A stretch of DNA of 26,663 nt. Source: a virus (Duplodnaviria > Caudoviricetes). Location: positions 1-26,663 of IMG/VR virus record IMGVR_UViG_3300046007_003047. One strand, written 5' to 3'. Each line of letters begins with the position of its first letter. The stretch's first letter is position 1. The position numbers were made by a program, and so were the translations under genes. Shown here piece by piece: positions 24,368 through 26,663 of this stretch. The notes below the pieces were generated by a model. It searched no databases. It was not told the origin of the DNA and saw only the letters and a program-made list of their open reading frames with translations.

Positions 24368-26132
24368 CGGAATTGAAATTGCATTCAAAGCTGACACTAG
24401 CAACTTCGACAAGGGAGTTGCCGGTGCCAGTACAAAACTGCAAAACTTTTCAAAACTAGCAGCAGCAGGACTTGCTGGCCTTGCAACCGCCGCGGCTGCG
24501 AGCGGTGTTGCAATTGGAGAATTGACAAGACGAGCAATAAATTTTGCCGATGAGATAGGCAAGACAGCTCAGAAGATCGGAATGACTTCCGAGAGTCTTT
24601 CACAGCTTGAATATGCCGCTAAACTTTCGGATGTTTCTCTTGGGCAATTACAGGTTGGCCTTGGTCAGCTTGCGAAGAATATGCAAGATGGTGACAAGGC
24701 ATTTGCTGCACTTGGCATAAGCGTATTAAATTCTGAAGGCTATCTTCGCACTACAGAAGAAGTGCTTCTAGACATCGCAGAACGTTTTGTAGGAATGCAG
24801 GATGGCGCTGGCAAAACTGCCATTGCGATGCAATTATTTGGTCGTTCTGGTGCTGATCTTATTCCGTTTTTGAATGCCGGAAGAGATGGTATTTCTCAGA
24901 TGACTGATCAGGCACAAAGGCTTGGCCTGACCATCTCCACTCAGACCTCTCAGGCTGCTGAAGGCTTCAATGACAATCTGACACGTTTAGGCGCTGCTTT
25001 AACTGGCCTTGGCAACAAGATAGCAGAACGCTCTGCTCCAGCACTCAAGAATCTAACAGATCGAATTGTTGCTTTTGTAGAAGAAGGAAATCTTGCCGAA
25101 AGAATAGCTAATGCAATTGGCGCTGTTATGCAGAAGCTGGCTGAAATAGTTCAATGGACAGCTTCGGCGTGGGAAGTTCTCTCGGTTCGCGTTAATGGTG
25201 CAATAGCATCATTAGGATATTTGTCTCAGCTTGATCTTGGTGGCGCAATGGATGCGTGGGCCGCATCTTCTGTTGCTGCTGGGAAAGTATGGGAAAGAAA
25301 CACTGAAATCCTGGCAGAAATGCGAGGTGAAATTCAGTCTGTTAATAGTGAAATGAAAGGCGATTTGCCATCGCTTAAAACACCAGCTCCAATAATTCCA
25401 GATGGAACAGCAGAATCAACTCCAGACAAAAGACAATTATCTCCATATGGTGGAGAAGATCCATTTTTCATAGATAGACTGGACATGATCCGTGAGCAAT
25501 TTGCTACGGAAAGAGAATTGCTTTTGGAAGAGTATACATTAAATCAAGAAGTTCTTGATGGTGCTTTGGCAAATAAACTTCTTTCTGAGCAAGAATATTA
25601 TGAGCTGTCAAAAAAACTTGCAGATGAACACCAAACATCTCTTGCAAGAATTCAGCAGACAAGACTTGATAATGATTTGACAGCTGCGTCAGATTTCTTT
25701 GGAGCGTTAGCACAAATTACCGCACTTGGCGGTAAGAAAACAACCAAGATTGCAAAGATGTTTGGCATTGCTCAAGCCTTGATCTCGACGTTCCAAGGCG
25801 CGGCTAAGGCTTTAACATTGCCATTTCCAGCGAACCTAGCTGCTTATGCAACAACATTGGCTCAAGGTATGTCAGCTGTCGCTGCAATAAGAGGTGTTTC
25901 TGAATCTGGAAGCAATAGTGGAAGCAGTAGCGGCAGTAGCAGCGGCAGCACAAGCAGCAGCGCATCGACATCTTCGTCTGGCGGCGGCGGTGGAGCTGCG
26001 CCAACAACGACCTTCTCGTTTACTATGATGAACGATCCGATGGGCTTTGGGGAAAAGTTCGCTAGACAGTTTATCGATCAACTTAACAGCACGCAACGCA
26101 ATGGCGGAACAATTCGCGGAGTGATAGCCTGA
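24354..26132 (+). CDS. tail tape measure protein
   Basis: 592 aa, Ala-rich and helical; ADTSNF, LSQLEYAAKLS and AMQLFGRSGADLIPFLN motifs. Confidence 0.92.
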   Translation: MAQVSGIEIAFKADTSNFDKGVAGASTKLQNFSKLAAAGLAGLATAAAASGVAIGELTRRAINFADEIGKTAQKIGMTSESLSQLEYAAKLSDVSLGQLQVGLGQLAKNMQDGDKAFAALGISVLNSEGYLRTTEEVLLDIAERFVGMQDGAGKTAIAMQLFGRSGADLIPFLNAGRDGISQMTDQAQRLGLTISTQTSQAAEGFNDNLTRLGAALTGLGNKIAERSAPALKNLTDRIVAFVEEGNLAERIANAIGAVMQKLAEIVQWTASAWEVLSVRVNGAIASLGYLSQLDLGGAMDAWAASSVAAGKVWERNTEILAEMRGEIQSVNSEMKGDLPSLKTPAPIIPDGTAESTPDKRQLSPYGGEDPFFIDRLDMIREQFATERELLLEEYTLNQEVLDGALANKLLSEQEYYELSKKLADEHQTSLARIQQTRLDNDLTAASDFFGALAQITALGGKKTTKIAKMFGIAQALISTFQGAAKALTLPFPANLAAYATTLAQGMSAVAAIRGVSESGSNSGSSSGSSSGSTSSSASTSSSGGGGGAAPTTTFSFTMMNDPMGFGEKFARQFIDQLNSTQRNGGTIRGVIA

Positions 26133-26663
26133 TGGCCGACATCAAGATCAGCGCACTATCGGCACTCACCGGAGCCAACACGGCGACGGATGATGTCTAT
26201 GTGGTCGTGGATACAAGCGTCCCAGAAACCAAAAAACAGACCAGAGCTGAAATTTTTCAGAATGTCCCAGATATGAGTATTAGCGGGACATTCATCTTCA
26301 ATGATGCCGGTGCGGACAAAGATTTCCGTGCAGAAGGTGACACAGATGCAAATCTGTTTTTCTTGGACGCCAGCACTGATCGTGTTGGTGTAGGCACAAA
26401 TACTCCGACTGCAAAACTGCAAGTCAACGGATCATTTGCGTTGAATGCCCCAGTCAATGTCACTACTGACTATATTGTTGCTGCAACTGCAAATTTCATC
26501 ATCTCAAACAGGGCCGCATCAAATACTTTGACGCTTCCTGCTGCTGCGTCAAATACAGGCCGCATTCTTTACGTATCAACGATTCAGGCTCAAACTGTTG
26601 TTTCGGCATCTTCTAATGTGATACCCAGGGCTGGTGGTGCAGCTACTACTTCAATACTGCCAG
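26132..26663 (+). CDS. tail fibre-like protein, truncated by window end
   Basis: Not in the ORF track. TGATG coupling; MADIKISALSALTG...DKDFRAEGDTDANLFFLDASTDRVGVGTNTPTAKLQVNG...TLTLPAAASNTGR, typical fibre shaft motifs. Confidence 0.82.
   Translation, partial: MADIKISALSALTGANTATDDVYVVVDTSVPETKKQTRAEIFQNVPDMSISGTFIFNDAGADKDFRAEGDTDANLFFLDASTDRVGVGTNTPTAKLQVNGSFALNAPVNVTTDYIVAATANFIISNRAASNTLTLPAAASNTGRILYVSTIQAQTVVSASSNVIPRAGGAATTSILP

Noticed and set aside
10749-26132. Gene transfer agent interpretation of the head-tail cluster
   Set aside because: Linked replication, recombination, early, methyltransferase and MuF genes indicate a true phage.
1-26663. Stop-codon reassignment, tRNA genes, introns or inteins
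   Set aside because: Core genes are intact and of normal length under the standard code, with TAA, TAG and TGA all used as stops; no tRNA cloverleaf or intein motifs recognised by eye.

Overview
The window is a contiguous piece of a tailed dsDNA phage genome (siphovirus-type, HK97 fold), most likely infecting an alphaproteobacterium; the host is inferred from GTA-like neck/tail gene families and an alphaproteobacterial-style sRNA motif. From left to right: (1) a leftward recombination operon (Cas4-like nuclease truncated by the window edge, HTH protein, DUF669-type SSB, Sak4/AAA_24 ATPase, two small ORFs); (2) a divergent Cro-like HTH gene and a primase-polymerase/helicase; (3) a ~520-bp non-coding origin-like region; (4) five small early ORFs ending in a candidate anti-Shine-Dalgarno sRNA with its own promoter and terminator; (5) ParB-methyltransferase, terminase, portal, MuF, protease, capsid and decoration genes; (6) a ~4.4-kb AT-rich appendage cassette between the head and neck genes, including a protein of 13 exact 22-aa repeats; (7) neck genes, two tandem tail-tube paralogues, a G/GT chaperone with a -1 slippery site, the tape measure and a truncated fibre gene. 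The best leads are the sRNA, the possible ruler-templated neck/head fibre cassette with a chimeric adaptor, and a recurring TTGCA-N6-TGCAA operator. All family assignments come from motif recognition by eye; no searches were run.
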